IMG/VR virus record: IMGVR_UViG_3300046820_000088
Location: 38,424-102,423 of that record
Reading direction: 5' to 3' (one strand)
Source: a virus
DNA length: 64,000 bases
In this document: positions 18,316-27,356 of the stretch, one piece after another
Position numbering within the stretch: position 1 is the stretch's first letter
Layout of the letters: every line of letters begins with the position of its first letter
Program-made: the position numbers and the translations under genes
The notes under the pieces: generated by a model
The model's database searches: none
What the model was told of the DNA's origin: nothing
What the model saw: the letters and a program-made list of their open reading frames with translations, nothing else

Positions 18316-19416
18316 TTATTTTAACAGTTCTAAGAGTTTATTACAACTGAAGAACTGTTCAGTTAGATCACTTACCTGTTTATTTAGGCTTGGTAAAAAC
18401 TTTTCGTAACTATTCATGTATTGAATGATTTTATTGCAGACATCTGGTCTATGCACAGTATATGCTTCATAACTTTCAGTCCACTCACTAGGATACTTAA
18501 AAGTATCAAATGCCATTTCACTGTAGCTTAGTCGATCCGGAACCATAGGAATAGCATCAACTACTGAGCCTTCATACCAACTGATGCCCAGTGTTTCTTG
18601 CAAGTTTGCACTAAAGACTAGTTTTGCTTCGCCTAATAAGTTATGGTATTCATTCTTTGTTAGTTGTTGATCTTGGCACACAACAAATTCATATTGTGGC
18701 AAGTGTTCTTTTAAATCTCTAAAGATTTCAACTTGCTTCTCTGGAGCGATGCGATGTGGGAATAATATAAGGTCACGCTTAGGCATATTCTTATACATCA
18801 TTAATGTATCGGACATGTACTCCATCGGCCAACCTGTACGTACAATTTTACTAGCTGATACCCACTCCTTAACGTCAGCCCTTTCTAGTACAGGTGTACT
18901 AGATTGGATACCATTGTTAAGCAGATTAATGAAAAACATTTCGATGTGAAAGTTTGTAGCAAAGTGGTTGTGATCAAATGCATGGAAGAAACTCTTCTCA
19001 GCGTGTCTAACCCAAGGCTTATTTCCAACAAGACGCCCTAAAAAGTCCTGAGGATCATAACTGCCAGCATGCCATAAGCCGTGTGTAACTACTGGAATAT
19101 TCAGTAGTTCACTCATATACTTTAGATTAATGATACCTGGGTGCCAAGCATCAGTAAAGATAAAATGATCGCCAGTCTTGACGGATCCTGAACAAAAAAG
19201 TCTTCCAAGCTGCTCAACTTGGTTTGCCTTATAGATATTAGTGCCCCCAAAATTGAGAAATGCACCAGGAGTAGTGGCGCTAGGGATGTCGCTAGGGCCC
19301 GATATAACATGAACTTCATGTCCTGCCTTTTGTAAGAGATTAGGTACATGGGACTTCCATTGTCCCGTGTACCTTGTTTCTACGCTTTCTAGATCAACGA
19401 GAAAAATTTTGCTCAT
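18316..19416 (-). CDS. GT-B fold glycosyltransferase-like protein
   Basis: FPHRIAPEK and QETLGISWYE (EX7E-like) GT4-type motifs. Confidence 0.7.
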   Translation of the reverse strand: MSKIFLVDLESVETRYTGQWKSHVPNLLQKAGHEVHVISGPSDIPSATTPGAFLNFGGTNIYKANQVEQLGRLFCSGSVKTGDHFIFTDAWHPGIINLKYMSELLNIPVVTHGLWHAGSYDPQDFLGRLVGNKPWVRHAEKSFFHAFDHNHFATNFHIEMFFINLLNNGIQSSTPVLERADVKEWVSASKIVRTGWPMEYMSDTLMMYKNMPKRDLILFPHRIAPEKQVEIFRDLKEHLPQYEFVVCQDQQLTKNEYHNLLGEAKLVFSANLQETLGISWYEGSVVDAIPMVPDRLSYSEMAFDTFKYPSEWTESYEAYTVHRPDVCNKIIQYMNSYEKFLPSLNKQVSDLTEQFFSCNKLLELLK

Positions 19417-19630
19417 TGTAGCGTGGCTTGAAGTTTCTGTGGCCGTTATTATTAAATCTACGACCGCCTCTCTTGTTGGCTAGATAGGCTTGATAGTTTG
19501 CAGAATCCTTACGATAAAGATCTGCGGGATTAAACTCGCACAATTCAAAACGACAGTAGTCGTGATATGCATCTAGGTCGTCAAAGACCTTAGTAGCTTC
19601 GGAACGGTGATCGTTGTAATGTTTAGCCAT
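19394..19630 (-). CDS. hypothetical protein
   Basis: AAGGA RBS. Confidence 0.7.
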   Translation of the reverse strand: MAKHYNDHRSEATKVFDDLDAYHDYCRFELCEFNPADLYRKDSANYQAYLANKRGGRRFNNNGHRNFKPRYNEQNFSR

Positions 19631-19645
19631 TATAGCTTTCCTTAA

Positions 19646-20035
19646 TTAATATTTGATGAAAGAACCATTTTCTCCGTCTTCGGAGACCTCAATCCAAACC
19701 TCACGGCCTGGATACTTGCTGGAAATGCTGTCATATAAATCTTGTGACATCATCTCGCAACTCTTGTAGTCTAGTTGTAGTGTGCCTTCTTTATAAAGGT
19801 TTTCCAACCAGCGCTTAAACTGAATAAACTCAATATCACGATCGTCATGTGTAACACCAATCCACACAGTAAAGTGGAAGATATGACGATGCGGATGACC
19901 TAAAAAACTTACATCATATTCATCACCTGTAGCAAGTGCCGGGTCTGTCAATGCCGCTGGGTATTTGTGCATACCCTCTTTGCGAAATGTAACCCAGATC
20001 ATTTTGTTAGGGCGAACGTCTTGTTTAATATTCAT
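19646..20035 (-). CDS. QueD-paralog T-fold protein, DpdL-type (putative CDG decarboxylase)
   Basis: LGHPHRHIF replaces QueD CxxxHGH; SCE and EVSEDGEN motifs; in folE/queE/dpdA cluster. Confidence 0.7.
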   Translation of the reverse strand: MNIKQDVRPNKMIWVTFRKEGMHKYPAALTDPALATGDEYDVSFLGHPHRHIFHFTVWIGVTHDDRDIEFIQFKRWLENLYKEGTLQLDYKSCEMMSQDLYDSISSKYPGREVWIEVSEDGENGSFIKY

Positions 20036-20259
20036 ACTGATAGTAATCCTTTGCACAGTTCTCCAATCTCTTCTTTGGTAAGATGAAAGTTGTATGTGCT
20101 AGTGAAGTCTACTTCACCGTCTTTATTTAGGCATTCCTGAACAAAGTCTACATTATGAAGACCCTCGGGACTAGTTACTTCCCAAGAACGTACTTTCATT
20201 CTAAATGCTTTATCTTCTTTAACGACAAACTCGTTAACGGTTAAACTTTCGTGAATCAT
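20032..20259 (-). CDS. hypothetical protein
   Basis: ATGA overlaps on both sides. Confidence 0.7.
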   Translation of the reverse strand: MIHESLTVNEFVVKEDKAFRMKVRSWEVTSPEGLHNVDFVQECLNKDGEVDFTSTYNFHLTKEEIGELCKGLLSV

Positions 20260-20621
20260 CTTAGACTCTCCATTGTAATAATTTTACCAAGCTCTTCTCC
20301 AAGATCTTGATTCTCGGTAACAATATGCAGTTTGTTAATGTTACGATCATTGCGTTCATCATACAACCGAGTTTCAACGACAAAACCACCATTTGCTTTG
20401 TATAGATTAAATCTCATACCATTGCTGTTGATAGTCTCAGTCTCCTGAGCAACTGGATTGAGATATTGATCGTCGTTACTAGAACTAGTGAGCCAGTTAG
20501 CTAGTCGCTGTTTCCATGTTAGTTTCATTTCTTTTTTTAATCCTATTCGTCGTACGGGGGTAACTCGTCCTCTGCTAAGAGTTGAAGCAGACTTTGCTTG
20601 TGCGTAACCAGTTGAACTCAT
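20256..20621 (-). CDS. hypothetical protein
   Basis: ATGA overlaps. Confidence 0.7.
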   Translation of the reverse strand: MSSTGYAQAKSASTLSRGRVTPVRRIGLKKEMKLTWKQRLANWLTSSSNDDQYLNPVAQETETINSNGMRFNLYKANGGFVVETRLYDERNDRNINKLHIVTENQDLGEELGKIITMESLR

Positions 20622-21130
20622 TTTATAATCTCATCATTTTTGTAAGCGTCCCAAGAAGTAAACTTTGAACGATTAGTTAGGTCATGAAGACTATGTGACC
20701 ATACACCTGGATTTGTTGCTTTAAAATCTTTATCGTCAATCTTAACCATAGTGTTATAGTTCCATAGTTTGACGTATGGAATAGGAACTCTAATCTGCGG
20801 AATAAAGTTGTCGTAGGAGTTTAAACTACCGTCATTAAATTGTTCAACAGCACTTAGCGGAATATCTAGACTGCAAAGATAATCTTTTTGTAGAAAGAAC
20901 TCGATCATTTCTTCCCAGTCATGCCACTCTTGCCATGTAGTAGGGTTAAAGCTGTGATTGGCACCAAAAAAGATGTGCTCACAACCATTTAGTTTTGAAG
21001 CAATATTATCGTATGTTTGTACCCCAGTTACAAACAGAGTCTTTTTTCCGTATGCAGGAGTATGCTCAACTTCGATACCTGTAAAGAACGTAACATTGCC
21101 GTGCTCGCCTGTATTATAATCACGAATCAT
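20618..21130 (-). CDS. hypothetical protein in deazaguanine cluster
   Basis: EVEHTPAYGKKTLFV, HIFFGANHSF; enzyme-like alpha/beta pattern. Confidence 0.75.
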   Translation of the reverse strand: MIRDYNTGEHGNVTFFTGIEVEHTPAYGKKTLFVTGVQTYDNIASKLNGCEHIFFGANHSFNPTTWQEWHDWEEMIEFFLQKDYLCSLDIPLSAVEQFNDGSLNSYDNFIPQIRVPIPYVKLWNYNTMVKIDDKDFKATNPGVWSHSLHDLTNRSKFTSWDAYKNDEIIK

Positions 21131-21563
21131 GATTTTCCTTATTTGCTGACATAGCTTCTTTTTCTATAATGTGAAAGTCGCACAATGTTTGTACCCAACC
21201 CCCACTTGTGCGTTTTCCAACATTGCCACATTCTTCGCAACTGTGTGACGCCCATGCTTCGGCCATACGTACCATTCCGTAAATGGTATCATCGCCGCCT
21301 TCGTAGTAAAACCGCAAACCGCCAAACTTTTCTTTAATCTGATCTACAGTTACCTGTCGAATAGGTTTATGTTGATCGGGGTATTGACTTGCAAGTAAGT
21401 TTCGGTGTTTAAGATGAGCCTGTATATTATCGCACAGACTAGCAATAATCGGCCACCAGCCTGCACCAACAGCGACTCCGCCGTATTCTTTGGAAAACAT
21501 TTCGGGATACTTACGATGCAATGTATCTACAAATACATCGTAGTTTTGTTCAACGGTTACCAT
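21120..21563 (-). CDS. hypothetical phage protein with Zn-ribbon
   Basis: QIKEKFGGLRFY motif; CEECG...TLCDFH. Confidence 0.75.
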   Translation of the reverse strand: MVTVEQNYDVFVDTLHRKYPEMFSKEYGGVAVGAGWWPIIASLCDNIQAHLKHRNLLASQYPDQHKPIRQVTVDQIKEKFGGLRFYYEGGDDTIYGMVRMAEAWASHSCEECGNVGKRTSGGWVQTLCDFHIIEKEAMSANKENHDS

Positions 21564-21745
21564 GAGCTTACGTCGGTGATATCAACAGTTACTTCGTTTC
21601 CAGACATTTGGAATGATACCGTTGTTGTTGGTCCAATACCGCTAGAATTGTTCAAAAGTATTTCAAACGATTCCACTTCTTTGAATCGAGTTGTTAGCTC
21701 GGCTAGTGTTTTGATCTGTGTAGGTGTAAGTGAAAATGACTTCAT
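21557..21745 (-). CDS. hypothetical protein
   Basis: ATGA overlap; SSGIG...DITDVSSW. Confidence 0.65.
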   Translation of the reverse strand: MKSFSLTPTQIKTLAELTTRFKEVESFEILLNNSSGIGPTTTVSFQMSGNEVTVDITDVSSW

Positions 21746-21927
21746 TTATTTTGCAATAGTTGTTGCTTATTCTTAAGTATAGAGATCTCATCTCGCAAAT
21801 GCAACCTTTGCTTCTTCAAATCTGCAAGTTCGTTGTCGTTAAAATGTCCATTACTTTCTAACTCATCAACTTTTTTATCTAGAACTCTGTGAGATTCTTC
21901 TAAATGCTTTATTCGATTTTCGTACAT
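21742..21927 (-). CDS. DUF465/YdcH-like small coiled-coil protein
   Basis: HRVLDKKV...LKKQRLHLRDEI. Confidence 0.65.
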   Translation of the reverse strand: MYENRIKHLEESHRVLDKKVDELESNGHFNDNELADLKKQRLHLRDEISILKNKQQLLQNK

Positions 21928-23469
21928 TTATTCCTCCACAATATTAGATTCGAGATTGCGAAGTTGATCATCGTCTGGATTACTGAAATCAATTTCTTTT
22001 TGTTTTTTGCCGTCTTCGAACTCGACCAAAGATTTATTTCCATAGGTAACAGGACCGCCTTGCAAACGAGTACCGTCTAAACTGGTTAAGAACTGAGATG
22101 CAGTGTCAATCATTGCAAACGCTTCTTCTTTATTTTTTGTGTTAAACAGTTCTTCAATAAAGTTTCTAAAGTACAAAATCTTATTAGGCACCCAGTCGCT
22201 GTAATCTTTTTCTTTCTTTCCTTCAACACCCCAAGATCTCCAGTTTGGATTATATTTTGCACACTCAGTATCCATTAACTGTTGAGCACGTTGTACAGCC
22301 TTGATATGACATTCTACATTATGACCCATCATTAAAGCATAGGCAAAACTATCCCAAGAAGTTTTACCTTCTTTACCGATCTTGTTTAACATGCCAGGAG
22401 CATAGTAACAGATATCGCCCATAGTTAATCTACTACCAAACTCACTTTCGAAAGGAAACGGAATATCTGATCCTGCAAGTGCTTTTGTATCCGGTGCCTT
22501 GTCCATGATAACTGACCAACGCTTGTTAGTGTGTTGTGCATTTGTATAAACAAGACCGTGTGCTGTTGCAATAAACGGACTTGCACAGTCAAAACTAATA
22601 GTAAGTTCGGGATTAATATGCTTCTTGATCTGTCTTTGTATTAAGGTTAAGAAACAACTCCAATCTAACTGAGCAGTACCTAGAAAGTGAATCCAGTTCT
22701 TGCCAGTTAACATTCCTTCATCACGCATTACCATGAGACGCTTTAGTGTAATATTCATCTTACACATGTTTGCACCACCAAAGGCCCAACCTTCAGCTTC
22801 ACGCCCTGCGTATTTGCCCTTAGGATCGCTAAACTCTTTTACACCTTCGTACCACTTTTCAGCGGTATCCCAGTCACTGCCCTGCAAGACGTTTAGCCAC
22901 TTAGTTTGGCCTAATCGATTCATCAAAAAGTAGTCGTTGTTGTAACGAGTCTTCTCAAGACAGTCTTCAAATGTCTTTAACCCTGTCTTTGGACTATGAA
23001 TATGATCACACGCCCATGTCGGAACGTCAAGCATCATAGACCAGTCAGCAGTTACTTCTAACCATTCGAGAATCTTTTGACGAGTCTTAGTTGCTTCGGG
23101 ACCTTCAAAGTTTAACCAGTCAAACTTAAGAACACCCTTACCAATCTGGTATCCGCCTGAGTCGCCTAGAATCATTGTGTTTCCGCGATCTCTTTGTTGG
23201 ATCATTGATTCTTGTGTTTGTGCTTTAACAACATCGAGTTGTGCATGACCTGCAGAGTATAGACCATACTTATAGGTAAAATATCCTTGTTCAGGATTTA
23301 AGAAGTTCATTCCCTCAATACCGCGATCAAAGCCTTTAGGAATACGCTCATCTGGGATAAACTTTTCTAATCTTTGTTTTGCTACATATGTGGAATAAAA
23401 AGAACTGATAGCAGGCAAATATACTGCATAGTCTTTTTGTAATGGTGTTAAGTTAACTTGTCGTGTCAT
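21928..23469 (-). CDS. dpdA: tRNA-guanine transglycosylase-fold protein, DpdA-like DNA deazaguanine transglycosylase
   Basis: LGDSGGYQ, MMLDVP, LNVLQG, IHFLGT, ISFDCAS TGT motifs; clustered with folE/queE. Confidence 0.75.
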   Translation of the reverse strand: MTRQVNLTPLQKDYAVYLPAISSFYSTYVAKQRLEKFIPDERIPKGFDRGIEGMNFLNPEQGYFTYKYGLYSAGHAQLDVVKAQTQESMIQQRDRGNTMILGDSGGYQIGKGVLKFDWLNFEGPEATKTRQKILEWLEVTADWSMMLDVPTWACDHIHSPKTGLKTFEDCLEKTRYNNDYFLMNRLGQTKWLNVLQGSDWDTAEKWYEGVKEFSDPKGKYAGREAEGWAFGGANMCKMNITLKRLMVMRDEGMLTGKNWIHFLGTAQLDWSCFLTLIQRQIKKHINPELTISFDCASPFIATAHGLVYTNAQHTNKRWSVIMDKAPDTKALAGSDIPFPFESEFGSRLTMGDICYYAPGMLNKIGKEGKTSWDSFAYALMMGHNVECHIKAVQRAQQLMDTECAKYNPNWRSWGVEGKKEKDYSDWVPNKILYFRNFIEELFNTKNKEEAFAMIDTASQFLTSLDGTRLQGGPVTYGNKSLVEFEDGKKQKEIDFSNPDDDQLRNLESNIVEE

Positions 23470-23824
23470 AGTTTCTCGCTAGTTTGGCTGTTATGTCCAG
23501 CTGACGTTTTGCATTTTCTAAATTTTCTAATGCTATTCTAACTGCTTCGTTTTCCAACGCTAAAGATTGCCAGACTAGTTCTTCGTCACGTCTTTGACGT
23601 GCCCAATCAAGAAGGCTTTCGGCTTCTCCTGTTAGTCCTACGGATGCAGACCCCATATTAAGTGTAATCCAACTACTTCCGTCGTAGACTTCTATATTTT
23701 GATTAGAAGTATTGTATCGCATATTACCGGTACCTATAGCACCTGAGTAGTTGTTTACATAGGTGCTGGCAGTACCGCCAGCTACCTGTGTGTATCTTCC
23801 ACTGGGAAAAATAGTCTTAATCAT
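23453..23824 (-). CDS. hypothetical protein
   Basis: Operon packing. Confidence 0.7.
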   Translation of the reverse strand: MIKTIFPSGRYTQVAGGTASTYVNNYSGAIGTGNMRYNTSNQNIEVYDGSSWITLNMGSASVGLTGEAESLLDWARQRRDEELVWQSLALENEAVRIALENLENAKRQLDITAKLARNYDTTS

Positions 23825-23826
23825 AT

Positions 23827-24564
23827 TTAGGTTGTTACAGCAAGAATAATATATTTGTAAGTTGCCAAACCGCTATCAAGAGTAATCTGAATAGCACCTT
23901 CGTTACTTAGACTCATCTTAGCATTGTTTGCATCAGCAATATTTAGAATGCTCAAGATTGGCAGTACCGGCCAAGTCCAGCCTCGATCTAACTTTCCTGT
24001 AACACCGCTAGCAAATACAAACTCACCTGCATGTGAACCTGCATTACCGAAGATAAACTTTAGATTTCCACCATCTGTCTTAGCTAAGAAGGTTGGAGAT
24101 TCGTTATTAGCACCAGCCTGGAACTTAAATCGTTGGATAGATTCAACAGTTGGCTCAATCTCAACATCCCACTTAACTCCACGAAACTTTACAGTCTTCA
24201 TTTTTTCAACAATGATTTCTTGACTCATGAAACCGTAATCGTTTTTAACATCGCCGTCTTTGTTCTCAAAGCGAATGCCTACTGGTACAGTTTTATCGTT
24301 TCGTGGTTCAAACTTAACTTCGATCTTTGCTCCTTCTTTGTAGACAGCACCGTCTAACAAATACTTGAGCTTGTTAAGTTGTGGCATACCAAAGATGCCG
24401 ATCATGTCCGGATATGGATTTGCAGTTTCTGCCTCCATAATAACACTGCGATCGTCTGCAATGCTATTGATGATTGTTTTTTCTTCTGTGCCTGTTACTT
24501 TAACTGTAGTAATGAAGCCTAGATTCTGTGTATGACTTACAATGTCTTGTAAAATATCTTTCAT
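23827..24564 (-). CDS. DNA polymerase sliding clamp (gp45-like)
   Basis: About 245 aa beta-rich protein next to PolB; AGGAG RBS before MKDILQD; C-term ATYKYII. Confidence 0.65.
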   Translation of the reverse strand: MKDILQDIVSHTQNLGFITTVKVTGTEEKTIINSIADDRSVIMEAETANPYPDMIGIFGMPQLNKLKYLLDGAVYKEGAKIEVKFEPRNDKTVPVGIRFENKDGDVKNDYGFMSQEIIVEKMKTVKFRGVKWDVEIEPTVESIQRFKFQAGANNESPTFLAKTDGGNLKFIFGNAGSHAGEFVFASGVTGKLDRGWTWPVLPILSILNIADANNAKMSLSNEGAIQITLDSGLATYKYIILAVTT

Positions 24565-24586
24565 TAAAGATTCTCCTGTTATTAAG

Positions 24587-24615
24587 ATTATATTTAGATC
24601 GTTGGTAAAATGCAA
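24587..24615 (-). promoter_or_regulatory. sigma70-type promoter TTGCAT-N17-TATAAT overlapping late TAAATA
   Basis: Exact 17-nt spacer, perfect -10. Confidence 0.7.
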
Positions 24616-24622
24616 CAGCAAT

Positions 24623-27289
24623 TTACTCAAAGTCGAATAGTTTGTTAAATGTGTTATCACTTCTAGTAGAAGCAATATCCCATTCCAGCACACCGATTAA
24701 GTTTTCTAACTTTTCGTCGATAACTGTAGTTTCCATTAGGCCATCGTCGAATGGTAAGTCCTTAAACCATTGCGGTAATCGCAACTCGTCTACTGGATAG
24801 GCCACTGACGTATAGGCCATCGGGTTATCTTTGAGTTTACAGACAATAACTTTTGCACCGTCTGTAATGTTCATTGAATACTTGTCGTCCATCATACGCT
24901 TTAAAGTGTTCCAGTTAAGGCTTGCACGAACATGCCCTGGCATATTTGCCTTACCTGCTTTCTTCTCTTTATCGCGATACTGAGAAATATTGTTAGCACG
25001 TTTAGGACTACCTTTCTCCCAGCCCGGGCGAGTCTTAAACTCTGTTCGGAAGTTAGTGATGTATTCTAAGACAACTTCTTTCTCAACACCGTTTAGGACC
25101 TGTGTTAATACTTCGCTTAAAAAGTCTTGGATAACAACCGGGGTATCTGAGCGCTTGAGGTCCAACCCCATCGCTTTAATCTTTCCTGGCTTTCCGTCAA
25201 TGTCTGATCTCTTTCCTTCTTTGTCGTAGTAAAGAACTGCATATCTCTTCTTAGTAATAAACAAACCTTTTGATGCGACAATTTCTCGTCCTGCTTTGAT
25301 AACTTCTCCTCTGCTTTTTGGGCAGTGGAAAGTGTCCTGCATGAATTTTGGAAATGTTCCATTAACTTCTTCTCCTATGGTATCGTAAAGTTCAATAACT
25401 GCTTCTTTGCTCCACGGAATAAGACCTTTATCAATGTCTTTCTTCAGGGTACTGTATGCACTAAAATAACAAGAGTCAGTGTCACCATAAATGATAGACT
25501 TACCTCTGTAATCATAGTCGCCTGTAATGATTTCATTTACTTTACCTGCCATGTGTTTAACAATCTGGCGACCGGTAAGAGTTGTACTTTGTCCAATGCG
25601 GTTATCGAAAAATCTACAACCGGGGTTAAGAATAGCACCATACAAGCTGTTCAAGTTAATCTTCTTGACCAGTTGTCGCTTGTCCCAGTATTCTTCTTCA
25701 ATTTTATTTCCTGCTTTGATACATTCTTTAAGTTTAGCCTGCATCTCTTTACGTTCAGCATACCAACGCTTTAACAGTCCAGGAATAATACCTTCTTTTT
25801 CGTAGGTAAAAATAGTGCCGTTAGCACTGAGCATCCAAGGTTGATTACTATCAAAGATTAGATCGTAGATTTGTGCTCCACTAAGTGTATCATTTCCGCC
25901 ATCTTCCCAGTCAATAGTAATCTCACGCCCAACTTCACGTGCCATTACACTTTCGTATTCGTCGCTACCAAATCTACCTTCCCATGAACTTGCAAATGAT
26001 TTGCCTTTGGCAATTTCTGCTTCAATAGACGCCTTGGTTCCGTCTTGACGTAACTGTCCAACAATAGTCTCTGGCCCCATGTTCAAGGCACGAATCGCAC
26101 TAGGATACAGCGAGTTAATATCTAGTGAACCGATCCATTCGTGAATGCCTTTCTTGGGATATGCAACATACGCACCCGCAGCCTGTGTATCTAGTCCATC
26201 GCGATTTACACGGTTAGGAACAATAAATCCACGTCTGTGTGCTTCGTTAATAATCGCCTGTTCAGTAACAGCCACTGCACCCATTGTGGTCTGTAGAAGC
26301 ACTGTGTTTTCATGAGCAATGCTGTTAGCAAGGTCAATAAACTTTAGTTTTTTATCTAGTTTATCTAACAGCGCACAATCCTGTCTGTTGTACTCAATGA
26401 ACTTGCGGAAGTCGTTGTTGTAAAGCTGATCCAATGTACCTTCGTACACAGTCTTGCTTTCGCCAACCTCCATTTCTCCAATGGCATCCAGTCGGTATGT
26501 GTGTCGTTCTTCATAGGTGTATTTGCGGTACAGCTCGAGACTGTCTAGATGAACACGACCAACCAGATCGTAAGTAACAGCGGCTTTTCCATATTTTTCG
26601 TATTCTCTCTTTTTAGGAAACTGATTCCACAAGCAGAATCTGCGAGTATCTTCTTTGCTCAGCACCTTAACAACGCGATTAACTGTATAGGGAATATCGA
26701 AACCTTCGCTGTTCCACCCACTTAGAATATCTGCTTCTTCGATCAAGTTTAAAAACGTGTCTAGCATGTCCCCTTCATTGTCGAATAACATTGTATTAGG
26801 AAACTCGGCAACAGCTTTAGTTGCTTCTTCCATGCTCATAGTTTTTGGAGGAATCGCAAGACACACAAGGGTGTCTAACCATTGCAGATGAACCGCGATC
26901 GCAGTAATGGGCATAAATGGATCGTCTGGCGATGCATAGCCACGTTCTGGATCAAAGTCCACCTCAATATCAAAAAATGCTACATTTAGTTTCGGAGCAT
27001 CGATATTAAGATAGTTGTCTTCAAGACAGCGATAGATGGGGTTTATGTCACTTTCAAACAGTCGTTTGTTTGAGTTGATTGCAAGTTCTTTGCGATGTTC
27101 TTTAAGATTCTTAGATGTTACTCTAGTTAAAGTTTCGCCTTTGATACTTTGGAACTTGCCTCTGGGGTCGGGATAATAAAATATATGACGGGCTGGATAT
27201 TCTTTATAGTGTCTTTGACCTTTGTTATCTCGCTCGACAACATTGATCATATCCTGCTCTCGGTCATAGAAAGCGTCTACGTAACTCAT
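24623..27289 (-). CDS. family B DNA polymerase (T4 gp43-like)
   Basis: ExoI FDIEV, GWNSEGFDIPY, DINSLYPS, KKINLNSLYG, YGDTDS, KKRYA; AGGAG RBS before MSYVDA. Confidence 0.96.
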   Translation of the reverse strand: MSYVDAFYDREQDMINVVERDNKGQRHYKEYPARHIFYYPDPRGKFQSIKGETLTRVTSKNLKEHRKELAINSNKRLFESDINPIYRCLEDNYLNIDAPKLNVAFFDIEVDFDPERGYASPDDPFMPITAIAVHLQWLDTLVCLAIPPKTMSMEEATKAVAEFPNTMLFDNEGDMLDTFLNLIEEADILSGWNSEGFDIPYTVNRVVKVLSKEDTRRFCLWNQFPKKREYEKYGKAAVTYDLVGRVHLDSLELYRKYTYEERHTYRLDAIGEMEVGESKTVYEGTLDQLYNNDFRKFIEYNRQDCALLDKLDKKLKFIDLANSIAHENTVLLQTTMGAVAVTEQAIINEAHRRGFIVPNRVNRDGLDTQAAGAYVAYPKKGIHEWIGSLDINSLYPSAIRALNMGPETIVGQLRQDGTKASIEAEIAKGKSFASSWEGRFGSDEYESVMAREVGREITIDWEDGGNDTLSGAQIYDLIFDSNQPWMLSANGTIFTYEKEGIIPGLLKRWYAERKEMQAKLKECIKAGNKIEEEYWDKRQLVKKINLNSLYGAILNPGCRFFDNRIGQSTTLTGRQIVKHMAGKVNEIITGDYDYRGKSIIYGDTDSCYFSAYSTLKKDIDKGLIPWSKEAVIELYDTIGEEVNGTFPKFMQDTFHCPKSRGEVIKAGREIVASKGLFITKKRYAVLYYDKEGKRSDIDGKPGKIKAMGLDLKRSDTPVVIQDFLSEVLTQVLNGVEKEVVLEYITNFRTEFKTRPGWEKGSPKRANNISQYRDKEKKAGKANMPGHVRASLNWNTLKRMMDDKYSMNITDGAKVIVCKLKDNPMAYTSVAYPVDELRLPQWFKDLPFDDGLMETTVIDEKLENLIGVLEWDIASTRSDNTFNKLFDFE

Positions 27290-27300
27290 TTTTCTCCTAA

Positions 27301-27347
27301 TGTCATTTGTGGCTGACAAACACCTATATTGCGGCTTATGGCCCGCC
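27301..27347 (-). promoter_or_regulatory. structured polB leader (hairpins next to the RBS)
   Basis: TGTCA-GCCACAAA-TGACA immediately before TTAGGAG; second GCGG-N8-CCGC hairpin. Confidence 0.45.
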
Positions 27348-27356
27348 GACCTTCTC

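Noticed and set aside
21928-23469. Ordinary bacterial tRNA-guanine transglycosylase (tgt)
   Set aside because: Much longer and divergent, lacks the CxCxxC zinc motif, and sits among phage replication genes; DpdA-like is more plausible, though tRNA activity is not excluded
24623-27289. Intein or intron in DNA polymerase
   Set aside because: Continuous ORF of normal size; the extra segment after SLYPS lacks intein termini
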